Of a stretch of DNA of 64,000 nt, positions 38,150-47,515 are shown in pieces. How positions within the stretch are numbered: position 1 is the first letter of the stretch; each line of letters opens with the position of its first letter. The stretch is from Bacillota bacterium (GTDB lineage Bacteria; Bacillota; Dehalobacteriia; UBA4068). The stretch lies in assembly GCA_024679955.1 (NCBI GenBank), contig JAILCQ010000001.1:8904-72903 (forward strand), read 5' to 3'. The position numbers and the translations under genes were made by a program. The notes beneath the pieces are model-generated. The model did not search any database. It saw nothing but the letters and a program-made list of their open reading frames with translations, and was not told where the DNA came from.

Positions 38150-38989
38150 TTATATCCCCACATAGCCGGCGGCCGGGGTTTCTCCCAGGGGGACCAACCG
38201 TCCCACCACCGCATAGCGGGCGTTATCCCGTTCATAGGAGCAGGTGCAAAGCGTAATGATCTGATCGTCTGCCTGTATTTTCACATCGCTGGTAAAGGTG
38301 GAACGCTTCTTCAGATCGTCCAGATAGGTGAAAAAAGCTTCGTCGTTTTCGAATTGCAGGCGGAAGAATTGCCGGTCGCCGTTTTCCACGGTACCGCAGA
38401 TCAGCTCAATGCTGTAATCCTGCTCCGGGGTGGCCAGCAGCAAAGTGGGATTGGCTTCGTAAAACGCCTGATCCCTGTATCGGTCCAAACCGCCGAACAT
38501 GGTCCCGTTTTTCATATGATGCCCGTAGATCACCGTGTTTTTATCGGAAAAATCCCCGCTGCACCGATAGTCCATAAAAATCGCGCCGCTTTTGTTGTTT
38601 TCTCTATTATACATGTGGTCGAGATAGTAACTGTTGTCCTCCGCCCGCAGGATGGGGTAGTCAATATTGGCTCCGGCGCCTTTGATCCAGCCTACGATTT
38701 CCGGATTGATCTCCTGCAGGGCGGCAAAATCTATGGAAAAAAGGGCTTGCATTTCCGCGGAAGGCTTCTGCAAAGAGGGAATGGGCGTTTCCGTTTGTTC
38801 CTTTTGGGCGGCGGCGCTTTCCATTTCCGCTCTCAACTGCCGGTAGGCGTCGGCAGCCGCTTTGTTTTTTATGATATCGCTGAGCAGCATAAAGCCACTG
38901 AAGAGAAAGACGGCGCAAAACAGGCAAAAAAGCAGCAGCGCGCCAGGGCGAAGCCGGCGTTTGGCTTTTTTCATTTTTTTGCCGCTCAT
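38150..38989 (-). CDS. srtB: Class B sortase
   Basis: N-terminal TM anchor, catalytic His (TVIYGHHM) and TLCTCS active-site Cys motif, 280 aa. GGTGA RBS. The longer ORF to 39208 is an over-extension. Confidence 0.85.
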   Translation of the reverse strand: MSGKKMKKAKRRLRPGALLLFCLFCAVFLFSGFMLLSDIIKNKAAADAYRQLRAEMESAAAQKEQTETPIPSLQKPSAEMQALFSIDFAALQEINPEIVGWIKGAGANIDYPILRAEDNSYYLDHMYNRENNKSGAIFMDYRCSGDFSDKNTVIYGHHMKNGTMFGGLDRYRDQAFYEANPTLLLATPEQDYSIELICGTVENGDRQFFRLQFENDEAFFTYLDDLKKRSTFTSDVKIQADDQIITLCTCSYERDNARYAVVGRLVPLGETPAAGYVGI

Positions 38990-39388
38990 GTTTTCACCAT
39001 CCTTTGCTTTGCCGGAGCGGAAAACGGATCCCGCTCTTTTTCGGCTTCCAGCCTGCCGGAACAGCCGCCGGCTGGCAGTTGCTGATCGTGCGTAAAGTAT
39101 AACACAGAACCGGGGCCGCCGGCAATCCCGGCGGCGGCAGTGGGGCGGCGTCAAACTGACGGCAGGGGCAGGCCATGCTTTTGCCGGCCGGGCACTGTAT
39201 ATATGCAATTCGTCTTAGCGGCATGGCGGCTTTCCCGCTGGTTTTTATTGTATGATTGTATCGTCACCGGGGTCGTCCCCGTGCATCGGTTTTGCATATC
39301 CCTTTGGGGAAAACGAAGGAAACCCGAAAAAATCACCCTTTTGTACTGGCCTTTTATCAGCTTGTTGCTTTTTTCTGCCGCCGAAGGG

Positions 39389-39417
39389 TTGCGCGGTTTG
39401 CCATTCTGTGGTATAAT
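39389..39417 (+). promoter_or_regulatory. Extended -10 sigma-A promoter for the M23 peptidase gene (TTGCGC-N17-TATAAT with a TG)
   Basis: ttgcgcggtttgccattctgtggtataat. Confidence 0.5.
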
Positions 39418-39485
39418 AGCCTCGCAACGCGTTTTAAGTTTGCTTTTACTTTAAAGATTCTAGATAGGGGATATCTTATAAAATA

Positions 39486-40937
39486 ATGAATACTATGCAT
39501 AATAATCAAAAACAAGATTTGTCAGTCGCTACATATATCCAGTCCGATCCACGCAACAAAAAAGAAAAACAACGTTTCAAAGCAATTCAAAGAACGGTAT
39601 CTTCCGCTATCGTTTTGCTCTGCGTGATGTTTTTGGTTTTTGGCGGCATCCATTTGGTCTCCGCCAACTCTTCCGCCTATGTTTTGGTAGCGGATGGTAA
39701 GGAAATCGCCACCCTGGCCTCCATGACGGAAGCGGAAGCTGCCATCGACCAATACATTGAAAACAAATCCGCTGAGTACGGTATGGATATCGTATATTCC
39801 GACGATTTGGAAATCAATAAAGTTTCCACCGCCGGCGTAATTTTATCCAGCGCCATGGAAGCGGCCGACGCTCTGGATGGCAACCTGCATCTCATGGCCA
39901 AGGCGGAAGCGATTTGTATCAACGGCGTAGAATCCTTATACGTACCCGATGAAGAAACCGCCAGAGAAGCGATTGATCTGGCCAAGCAGTATTATGCGGA
40001 CGACGATAGCGACGATATTCTCTCGGTGACCGTGGCGGAGCAGGTTTCCGTCATTCCCACCCTGGCTGATATCGATCAGGTGTTGCCTGCGGAAGAAGCA
40101 AAGAATATGTTGCTGTACGGCTGCCCGGATGCAAAATATTATTTTGTAGCCACCGAAGGCGAAACCTTCGCGGAAATCGCCGAACGCAACGGCGTCAGCG
40201 TGGAAAGCTTAAAAGCGATCAACACCGTTATTGCTGATAAAGACGCGTTGACTTTGGGTACGGCGGTAGCCCTTTCCCAGCCGGCTCCGATGATCAGCGT
40301 GCTCGTGGAAAAAGAAGTGGTGCAAACCCAGGCGATACCGTATAGCGTTGTCCATCAGGACAACAGCAATATGAATCGCGGCGAGGAAAAGGTTATTTCC
40401 GAAGGTATAGACGGTCTGGAAGAAGTTACTCTGCGCGTGGTCGTCAGCAACGGCGAAACGGTAAGCTCCGAACAGATTTCCGCCACCACCTTGGTGGAAC
40501 CGGTGGATCAAGTGGTGGAAAGAGGTACAAAAGTGGTTTTGTCCTCCAGAAGTTTCGGCGGCAGCGGTTCCGGCGTAGTTGGTTGGCCCTATACGGGGAC
40601 GATCACTTCCCGTTTCGGTTGGCGCTCCCGGGGTTGGCATAGCGGTTTGGATATTGCCGGCCCGGTAGGCGAAGCGATCTACGCGGCGGAATCCGGTACC
40701 GTTACCTATGCCGGTTGGTATTACGGCTACGGCAATTTGGTTAAGATCGACCATGGCAGCGGCATGGAAACCTATTACGGTCACTTGTCCGCCATATATG
40801 TGAACGTTGGCGATACGGTGGAAAGAGGCCAGCATATTGCCGCCTTGGGCAATACGGGCAACAGCACCGGCCCCCATGTTCACTTTGAGGTGCGCTTTGA
40901 CGGCACCGCCTACAACCCGTTGGATTATTTGGAATAA
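39486..40937 (+). CDS. Membrane-anchored M23-family peptidoglycan metalloendopeptidase with LysM and G5 domains
   Basis: N-terminal TM segment, LysM (GETFAEIAERNGVSVESLKAIN), G5 domain, C-terminal M23 catalytic motifs (HSGLDIA, HVHFEV). Confidence 0.85.
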   Translation: MNTMHNNQKQDLSVATYIQSDPRNKKEKQRFKAIQRTVSSAIVLLCVMFLVFGGIHLVSANSSAYVLVADGKEIATLASMTEAEAAIDQYIENKSAEYGMDIVYSDDLEINKVSTAGVILSSAMEAADALDGNLHLMAKAEAICINGVESLYVPDEETAREAIDLAKQYYADDDSDDILSVTVAEQVSVIPTLADIDQVLPAEEAKNMLLYGCPDAKYYFVATEGETFAEIAERNGVSVESLKAINTVIADKDALTLGTAVALSQPAPMISVLVEKEVVQTQAIPYSVVHQDNSNMNRGEEKVISEGIDGLEEVTLRVVVSNGETVSSEQISATTLVEPVDQVVERGTKVVLSSRSFGGSGSGVVGWPYTGTITSRFGWRSRGWHSGLDIAGPVGEAIYAAESGTVTYAGWYYGYGNLVKIDHGSGMETYYGHLSAIYVNVGDTVERGQHIAALGNTGNSTGPHVHFEVRFDGTAYNPLDYLE

Positions 40938-40984
40938 GTAAAAGCAGACAAAAGCGCGAAAGCGTAGCATACAGCGAAACCACA

Positions 40985-41036
40985 AGACCGCAAACAGGAG
41001 GGAAAAGATGGTTCATCCCCCTGTTTGCGGTCTTTT
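40985..41036 (+). terminator. Rho-independent terminator after the M23 gene, with a 15-bp stem
   Basis: AAGACCGCAAACAGG...CCTGTTTGCGGTCTT followed by TTTG. Confidence 0.8.
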
Positions 41037-41141
41037 GATATGCAGAGATAAAAGAGCCGTTTCCGCGGACGGCCGCTTTGACGGCGATGTTTCGCCGACG
41101 GTTTGCAGTTGCGCTATGAAGCGGGTAGGGGACGCTTGCCC

Positions 41142-41255
41142 GATGCGCCCAATGCGGCGAACGGCGGCAACGGCGAATGCGTCGCAGACGCCAGATGCGG
41201 CGAACGGCGGCAACGGCGAATGCGTCGAAAATACCCGATGCGCCGGCAACCGCGG
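41142..41255. repeat. GC-rich imperfect direct repeats (~35-45-nt unit: GATGCG..GCGAACGGCGGCAACGGCGAATGCGTCG) in a noncoding tract
   Basis: Two near-identical copies and a third partial copy are visible. All six reading frames are low-complexity and lack a credible start/RBS. Confidence 0.7.
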
Positions 41256-41293
41256 ACATTCCGCATCCCAACCCCGATGGGGGAACAGAAGCG

Positions 41294-41353
41294 GAACCAG
41301 AGCAGGAACCAGAGCAGGAACCAGAGCAGGAACCAGAGCAGGAAGCAGGGCAT
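41294..41353. repeat. 12-nt tandem repeat (GAACCAGAGCAG x4 plus one degenerate copy)
   Basis: gaaccagagcag repeated four times, then gaagcagggcat. Confidence 0.85.
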
Positions 41354-41444
41354 AGGCCAACATCCGGCGGCGCAGGTATAATTTGCGGCAATTTACATAG
41401 GCTAAAGCCTAGAAAAACACAATAAAAAAAGGATGGGAAAAGCC

Positions 41445-41615
41445 ATGGTCTATCGTATCGGCAAAGACTGCATCAATTGCGGCGCTTGCGCCCAGGACTG
41501 TCCCGAACAATGCATCCATGACGGAGAAGACTATTATTTTATCGACGAAGAAAAATGCATCAACTGCGGGACCTGCGCCGAGGTTTGCCCCGTGGGCGCG
41601 CCGGAAGAGGTGTGA
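41445..41615 (+). CDS. 2x[4Fe-4S] ferredoxin
   Basis: [12 protein letters not shown] and [12 protein letters not shown] motifs. AAGGATGGG RBS before the ATG at 41445. Confidence 0.85.
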   Translation: MVYRIGKDCINCGACAQDCPEQCIHDGEDYYFIDEEKCINCGTCAEVCPVGAPEEV

Positions 41616-41662
41616 ATTTCCGGCCCGCCGGGATACAAGCGGATGAAAACGGCATATAAATA

Positions 41663-41695
41663 AGCGGAACGACAACCTGCCGTTCCGCTTTTCCC
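41663..41695. terminator. Bidirectional terminator between convergent ferredoxin and copZ-like genes
   Basis: AGCGGAACGACAACCTGCCGTTCCGCT hairpin followed by TTTCCC on the + strand. The - strand has an AT-rich tail. Confidence 0.65.
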
Positions 41696-41932
41696 TTATA
41701 ATTCAAAGCCCAATTCTTCTATTTTTTCTTTGACCGTTTGCAGATCCCCGTGGGGGCCGACGGTCACGGACACTTCGCCGCTTTCATGATCGGCCTTAGC
41801 CGTAATATCCGGCAAGGCGTTGAGGGTTTGATTGATTTGATCGGAACAATGGGAACAATGCATCCCCTTGACCTGCAGAATGAGATGAACGGGATCTTGA
41901 GGATGCCCGCCGCAGCCGCATTTTTCACACAT
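41696..41932 (-). CDS. Heavy-metal-associated (HMA) domain metallochaperone, CopZ-like, with a Cys/His-rich N-terminal tag
   Basis: GMHCSHCS (MxCxxC) motif. N-terminal MCEKCGCGGH. Confidence 0.75.
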   Translation of the reverse strand: MCEKCGCGGHPQDPVHLILQVKGMHCSHCSDQINQTLNALPDITAKADHESGEVSVTVGPHGDLQTVKEKIEELGFEL

Positions 41933-42151
41933 GATAAAAGCTCCTTTCCCTGATGGCTGTTTTCAATGCAACCGGCATGATCCATAGAGAGGCCGGCTTT
42001 CTTGGGCGTTGACAGAGAACGGGCAGCGCCAAAGAAAGCGCCGTATTTCTTTAAGCTTAGCATAGAAAGGAAAGATTGACAAGCTTTCCTAATGGAAAAA
42101 ACTATGGTAAAATACAAAGCGGATCACTATGGGATCGAGGAAGATATACAT

Positions 42152-42922
42152 ATGAAATGCACAACGCTACTTTCCGGTTCTTCGGGAAATTGTATTTTTA
42201 TCGGCGGCGAAAAGACGAATATTCTCATCGACGCCGGCTGCAGCGCCGCCTATTTGCAAAAAGCTTTGGCGCAGATGCATTGCTCGCCCCGGGAGATTTC
42301 GGCCATTTTGATCACCCACGAGCACAACGATCATATCAGCGGCGCGGTACATATCAGCGGCAAATTCGGCATACCCATATACGCCAGTCCTCTCACTTGG
42401 AAAAATTTGCCCTTTTATGAGGACTTTTTGCCGGAGGAACGCCATATATTTGAGTATGGGATGGAGTTCGGTGAATTGAGCCTGGATTTTTTCCGCCTCT
42501 CCCATGACGCTTGTCAACCGGTGGGTATCGTCGTTCAGGAAAACGGGCGCAAACTGGCCATCATCACCGATACCGGGACGATCACCCCTTCCATGTACAG
42601 AAAAGTCCGCGGCGCCGACGCCATTTTCATCGAAGCCAATCATAGCCGGCAGATGCTGTACCAAGGCCCCTATCCGTATTTCCTGAAAAAACGCATTTTG
42701 GGCGACCGGGGACATTTGTCCAACCGGCAGGCCGGCGTGGCCTTGCGGCGGCTGATCGGCGAAAACACAAAGTACGTGGTTTTGACCCATTTGAGCCAGA
42801 ATAACAATACGCCGGAAACGGCCTATCGGGAAGTCATGGATGAGCTGGCGCTTTTGCCGGAAATCCCTTGCCGGGTCTCGGTAGCGCCGCGAATGTCGCC
42901 CCATCCGTTGCTGATCTTGTGA
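42152..42922 (+). CDS. MBL-fold metallo-hydrolase (YycJ/WalJ-like)
   Basis: HEHNDH motif and conserved Asp/His residues. Lies upstream of htrA-like and rlmH genes, as in the Bacillus yycJ-yyxA-rlmH block. Confidence 0.8.
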   Translation: MKCTTLLSGSSGNCIFIGGEKTNILIDAGCSAAYLQKALAQMHCSPREISAILITHEHNDHISGAVHISGKFGIPIYASPLTWKNLPFYEDFLPEERHIFEYGMEFGELSLDFFRLSHDACQPVGIVVQENGRKLAIITDTGTITPSMYRKVRGADAIFIEANHSRQMLYQGPYPYFLKKRILGDRGHLSNRQAGVALRRLIGENTKYVVLTHLSQNNNTPETAYREVMDELALLPEIPCRVSVAPRMSPHPLLIL

Positions 42923-42946
42923 TCGTAGAAGAAAACGAGGGCTGCC

Positions 42947-43726
42947 ATGCGCTTTTTTACCTTTCGTTTGCCGTCCACCCGCCGTCGCCATGACGGCCTG
43001 GGCTATGGAGAATCATCCGCCTGGCTGCAGATGCTTGGGGCGGCGCTGCTTTTTTTGGCGCTTTTTTCCCTCTGGCAGGGGAATGGAAGCCCGGCCCAGG
43101 AAAAATATGTCCGGGCCATTGTCGGCGTAGCCGAGCAGGTCAGCCCTACCGTGGTTTATATTGAAAACATAGCCGGCCATGCCGCCGGCGGCAGCGGTTC
43201 CGGCGTCATCGTATCGCCAAAGGGCTATATCATCACCAACAATCATGTGGTGGCCGGCTGCGACGCTTTGGAGGTATATCTGGCGGACGGACGCCGGGCC
43301 AAAGGGCGATTGGTGGGGGCCGACAGCTCTGTGGATCTGGCTTTGGTAAAAATCGATTTGCCGGATCTGCCCGCGGCCCGTCTGGGGGATTCCGCCGCTT
43401 TATCCGTGGGACAATTGGTATTTGCCATCGGCAATCCCGGCGGCGCACGATTCAGCCGCTCCATGACTATGGGGCTGGTTTCCGGATTGAACCGGGTCTT
43501 GCAGTTGCCGGACGGAGATATGGCCGATCTGATCCAAACCGACGCGGCCATCAACCCAGGCAACAGCGGCGGCCCTTTGGTCAATCTGGAGGGCGAGGTC
43601 GTGGGCATCACCAGCATCAAAATCGTGGATACCTGTTTCGAGGGCATGGGCTTTGCCGTGCCCATCAATACCGCCGTGGCGGTGATCGACCGTTTATCCA
43701 TACCGGTCACGACAAATATTTGGTAG
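42947..43726 (+). CDS. Trypsin-like serine protease (S1C/HtrA-like catalytic domain, no PDZ), membrane-anchored
   Basis: Catalytic triad context NNHVV, DLALVKI, GNSGGPL. N-terminal TM segment. Confidence 0.8.
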   Translation: MRFFTFRLPSTRRRHDGLGYGESSAWLQMLGAALLFLALFSLWQGNGSPAQEKYVRAIVGVAEQVSPTVVYIENIAGHAAGGSGSGVIVSPKGYIITNNHVVAGCDALEVYLADGRRAKGRLVGADSSVDLALVKIDLPDLPAARLGDSAALSVGQLVFAIGNPGGARFSRSMTMGLVSGLNRVLQLPDGDMADLIQTDAAINPGNSGGPLVNLEGEVVGITSIKIVDTCFEGMGFAVPINTAVAVIDRLSIPVTTNIW

Positions 43727-43735
43727 GTTTTGACT

Positions 43736-44215
43736 ATGCAGATCACCATACTTGCCGTAGGCAAGCTCAAGGAAAAGTATTTAAAAGAAGGACTGGCTGA
43801 ATACGCCAAAAGGCTCACCGGCGTCGCCAAAGTCCGCATCATCGAAACCGGCGAGGAAAACGGTAGCGCCTATCCCAGCCAGGCCGAAATCATCCAACTC
43901 AAAGAAAGGGAAGGCAAAAAACTGTTGGCCGCCATACCCGAAGGCTGCTGGAAAATCGTTTTGGACAGCCGGGGGAAAACATTGACCTCCGAGGATTTCG
44001 CCGCCCATTTGCAGCATCGTATGCTGCAGGGGGTAAGCCACTTCGCCTTTATCATTGGCGGCTCCTGGGGATTGGGACAAAATGTCATCGATCAGGCGGA
44101 CCTGCTGTTGTCTTTCGGCAGTTTTACCTATCCGCATCAATTGATGCGTTTGATTTTGCTGGAACAGGTGTACCGCGCCGTCAAGATCATCCGCGCCGAG
44201 CCCTATCATAAATAA
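43736..44215 (+). CDS. rlmH: 23S rRNA (pseudouridine1915-N3)-methyltransferase
   Basis: SPOUT MTase of 159 aa with conserved IIGGSWGL and the C-terminal motif. Confidence 0.9.
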   Translation: MQITILAVGKLKEKYLKEGLAEYAKRLTGVAKVRIIETGEENGSAYPSQAEIIQLKEREGKKLLAAIPEGCWKIVLDSRGKTLTSEDFAAHLQHRMLQGVSHFAFIIGGSWGLGQNVIDQADLLLSFGSFTYPHQLMRLILLEQVYRAVKIIRAEPYHK

Positions 44216-44311
44216 CAGAATATTTTCCACAATCAGCAGGAAAGCGCCCTTTGCAGCAGAATACTATATATTGTGTTTTAGCCGAACGATTATGGGGAAA
44301 GGACGCCGTAT

Positions 44312-45118
44312 ATGCGGGTAGTACGTATGCTGTGCGGCTATGTGCTGGCCATGGCGCTTTTTTGGCTGGCCGATAGCCTGTTGCTGAGTTCTATTTTGGA
44401 TATTCCTTTTGCCGCCGCTTTGTGGACCGGGGTTTCGCCGGCGCGTATGCTGTACCGGCTGCTGGTGGAGGTGGCGTTGCTGACCGTCGCTTTCGCCCAT
44501 GTCACCCGCCGCACGGTAGGGGACAACGTGTTTATGATGGGCCTGCAATCCGCGGCTACCAGCCTCAACATTTTTACCCAAAGCGAAAACCAAAAACAAC
44601 GGCTCATCAATATCGCTTTGCCCATCGCCGACTATTATCGGATGGAGCGGCAGGACAGGGACAGTTTGTATGTGCTTTGCCAAATATTCGATTTGGGCAT
44701 GCTCACCATGGATCAGGATTTTTTCTCTTGCCGCAAAGAAAACCCGGATCAAAGGCAATTGTGGAAAGAGAACCTGCAAAAGAGCGTGGAAGTGGTGGGC
44801 GCCTTGCCGGAGCTGGCCCCCGCCGCCCCCTTGCTGCGATATCACAAGGAGCACTTTGACGGATCCGGGCCTTGGGGGCTGCAGGGCAAAGATATCCCCT
44901 TGCCCTGCCGTATCCTGCAGACCGCCTTGGCTTATGACGCCTTTACCCATCCGGCCAATGGCAAAAAAAAGATGAAATGCCAGGAAGCCCTGGGCGAGCT
45001 ATCCTATTATGCCGGTACGGTACTGGATCCGGAAATCGTAGAATTCCTGCAAACGCAAATGGGCTATAAGGGGACGGAAAAAGCCGCCGCCCACGCGTAT
45101 ACAATGCATCGGGCCTAG
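44312..45118 (+). CDS. Membrane protein with a degenerate HD-GYP domain
   Basis: N-terminal TM helices. The C-terminus has LRYHKEHFDGSGPWGLQGKDIPLPCRILQTALAYDAF, resembling HD-GYP (HHExxDGSGYP...IP..RI..ADxxDA), but HD is FD and GYP is GPW. Confidence 0.6.
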   Translation: MRVVRMLCGYVLAMALFWLADSLLLSSILDIPFAAALWTGVSPARMLYRLLVEVALLTVAFAHVTRRTVGDNVFMMGLQSAATSLNIFTQSENQKQRLINIALPIADYYRMERQDRDSLYVLCQIFDLGMLTMDQDFFSCRKENPDQRQLWKENLQKSVEVVGALPELAPAAPLLRYHKEHFDGSGPWGLQGKDIPLPCRILQTALAYDAFTHPANGKKKMKCQEALGELSYYAGTVLDPEIVEFLQTQMGYKGTEKAAAHAYTMHRA

Positions 45119-45139
45119 AAAAGAAGGCATAAAGTCATT

Positions 45140-45174
45140 CGCGGTGATGGCATGATCCATCGCCGCGTTTTTCT
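45140..45174 (+). terminator. Rho-independent terminator
   Basis: CGCGGTGATGGCATGATCCATCGCCGCG hairpin followed by TTTTTC. Confidence 0.8.
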
Positions 45175-45179
45175 TATCG

Positions 45180-45208
45180 TTGACATATGTCCTCATAGCA
45201 TATATAAT
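45180..45208 (+). promoter_or_regulatory. Consensus sigma-A promoter for serA (TTGACA-N17-TATAAT)
   Basis: ttgacatatgtcctcatagcatatataat. Confidence 0.65.
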
Positions 45209-45258
45209 TATTGTGTATGTTTTTCCGGAGGTACAATAACTGTTTAGAGGTGACTGAA

Positions 45259-46842
45259 ATGGTAAAGATTTTGGTAGCGGAAAAGCTGAATGAAAAAGGG
45301 TTGGATGTTTTGTATGCCAGCGGTATGGATATCGTTTATAACAAAGACATAACCCGTGAAGAACTGCTTGACACCATTCATGAATATGACGCTTTGATCG
45401 TACGAAGTTTACCGATTGTGGATAAAGAATTATTGGATAAAGCGACGAAATTGCGGGTCGTAGGACGGGCCGGCAACGGCGTCGATAATATCGATATGGA
45501 AGCGGCTACCAATCAAGGGGTGGTCGTGGTCAATACACCGGATTCCAACAGTATTTCTGCCTGCGAGCTGACCATCGGCTTGCTGATCGCTGCCTGCCGC
45601 AATATTTCCGAAGCCAACAATTGCCTGAAACATGGCGAATGGGGACGCAGCCGTTTCCAAGGCGTGGAACTGAGCGGCAAAACCCTGGGCATCATCGGCT
45701 TGGGCCGTATCGGTACACTGGTGGCCAATCGGATGAAAGCGTTCAATATGAATATTATCGCTTATGATCCGTATATCACCGACGAACAGTTTGCCAGAGG
45801 CCGGGCGGAGAAAAAAGAAAGATTGGAAGATCTGCTGCGCGAGGCCGACGTCATCACCATACATACGCCCAAAACGGCGGAAACCCTGGGCATGATCGAT
45901 CGGGAGCAGTTCGCCATGATGAAAGACGGCGTGCGGGTGGTCAATTGCGCCCGCGGCGGCCTGTACAATGAAGAAGCCCTGGCGGAAGCTCTGAAAAGCG
46001 GTAAGGTCGCTGGCGCTGCCTGCGACGTTTTGTCCAAAGAGCCCTGCACCGATTCGCCGCTGTACGCTTTCCCCAATTTCACGGTCACGCCCCATATCGG
46101 CGCTACCACCACCGAAGCCCAGGAAAGCGTGGGCATTTGTGTGGCGGAAGAAGTCGTCAACGCCCTGAAAGGGGAATTGGTGGCCAATGCCGTGAATATG
46201 CCGGTATTGAAAAATGAAGATCTGCTCACCATCAAACCCTATATGCGCTTAGGAGAATTGCTGGGTAAAATCTATCACCAATTGCAGAAAAAACCGGTTT
46301 ACAAAGTGGCCGTGGACTATTGCGGCGAAGCCGCTGAATTGGATACGGGCATGATCACCCGGGCGGTGCTGCGGGGATTGTTTGAACCCATCCTCAAAGA
46401 ACAGATCAACTACGTCAACGCCATGAAGGTGGCGGAAGCCAGAGGCGTGGGCGTCATCGAAAGCAAAGAACAGGACGCCGGACATTTCCCCGGTTTGATC
46501 CGGGTGAAGGTTTATGCCGGTCAACGGGTTTACCGCTATTGCGGCACCATTTTCGGTTTGGATGATCCGCGCATCGTGGAAATCGACGGCTACCGCTTCG
46601 ACTTCCGGCCCGAGCCCAATATGATCTTGGTGGAAAATGTCAATAAACCCGGCATGATCGGTAAGATCGGCACGGTCATGGGCGAAAACAACATCAATAT
46701 CTCCGCCATGCAGGTTTGCCCCGGCGGCGACAATGAAGTGGCCATGATGACCTTCGGCATATCCCGCGAACCCAGCGAGGAGCAACTGGAAAACATCGCT
46801 GCCTTGGACGATGTATTGAAAGTCAGATTTGTGGAATTTTGA
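45259..46842 (+). CDS. serA: D-3-phosphoglycerate dehydrogenase with C-terminal ACT domain
   Basis: 2-hydroxyacid dehydrogenase NAD motif GIIGLGRIG, catalytic His/Arg/Glu, ASB and ACT domains, 528 aa. GAGGTGA RBS. Confidence 0.92.
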   Translation: MVKILVAEKLNEKGLDVLYASGMDIVYNKDITREELLDTIHEYDALIVRSLPIVDKELLDKATKLRVVGRAGNGVDNIDMEAATNQGVVVVNTPDSNSISACELTIGLLIAACRNISEANNCLKHGEWGRSRFQGVELSGKTLGIIGLGRIGTLVANRMKAFNMNIIAYDPYITDEQFARGRAEKKERLEDLLREADVITIHTPKTAETLGMIDREQFAMMKDGVRVVNCARGGLYNEEALAEALKSGKVAGAACDVLSKEPCTDSPLYAFPNFTVTPHIGATTTEAQESVGICVAEEVVNALKGELVANAVNMPVLKNEDLLTIKPYMRLGELLGKIYHQLQKKPVYKVAVDYCGEAAELDTGMITRAVLRGLFEPILKEQINYVNAMKVAEARGVGVIESKEQDAGHFPGLIRVKVYAGQRVYRYCGTIFGLDDPRIVEIDGYRFDFRPEPNMILVENVNKPGMIGKIGTVMGENNINISAMQVCPGGDNEVAMMTFGISREPSEEQLENIAALDDVLKVRFVEF

Positions 46843-46936
46843 GCTTTTGGGCTTGGCAAAGGTATAGATCACAAAAACAAGATGGGGCGGCGTTATTCGC
46901 CGGCCCATCTTGGAATTTATTCCGGGGGAGAAAACC

Positions 46937-47515
46937 GTGAGTAACTTTTTCGCTTATATTTCCCGCATGAAACTGATACGGCGTTGGAGCTTGATGCGCA
47001 ATATCCAGGAGGAAAACATTCAGGAGCACAGCATGGAAACCGCGGTTTTCGCCCATGCCCTGGCAGAGATCGGCAACGCCTATTTTCAGGAGAGCTACGA
47101 CGCCAATTACGCCGCCGTGCTGGCTTTGTATCATGATGTGGGCGAGGTGATCATTGGCGATTTGCCCACGCCGGTGAAATATTTCAACCCCCAGATCAAA
47201 CAGGCCTACGGCGAGATCGAGGACGTGGCCAAGCATAAACTGCTTTCCTTTTTGCCCGGGGAATTGCAGGAAGCCTACCGGCCTTTGTTTTTCGCCGACC
47301 GGCAGCGGCCGGAATACCGTTTGGTCAAAGCCGCCGATAAATTATCCGCCTATGTGAAATGCCTGGAAGAATGCGCCGCCGGCAACGGCGAGTTTTTGCG
47401 GGCCAAAGAAAGCGTTTTTCAGGGCTTGGCCAAATATCAGGATATACCGGCGGTGCAATGGTTCATGGATCATTGCCTGGACGCTTACAGCAAGACCCTG
47501 GACGAATTGGACTAA
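46937..47515 (+). CDS. HD-domain 5'-deoxynucleotidase (YfbR-like)
   Basis: HD motif (LYHDVGEVIIGD). GTG start with a GGGGGAGA RBS. Confidence 0.75.
   Translation: MSNFFAYISRMKLIRRWSLMRNIQEENIQEHSMETAVFAHALAEIGNAYFQESYDANYAAVLALYHDVGEVIIGDLPTPVKYFNPQIKQAYGEIEDVAKHKLLSFLPGELQEAYRPLFFADRQRPEYRLVKAADKLSAYVKCLEECAAGNGEFLRAKESVFQGLAKYQDIPAVQWFMDHCLDAYSKTLDELD

Noticed and set aside
38354-39085. 243-aa plus-strand ORF antisense to the sortase B gene
   Set aside because: Antisense artefact. The sortase frame has the catalytic TLCTCS/His motifs.
41008-41425. Several 80-115-aa ORFs on both strands in the tandem-repeat tract (GTRAGTRA, PEQEPEQE, SCSGSCSG peptides)
   Set aside because: Each is a translation of the DNA repeats in a different frame. 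None has an RBS or plausible start, and one begins inside the loop of the upstream terminator.
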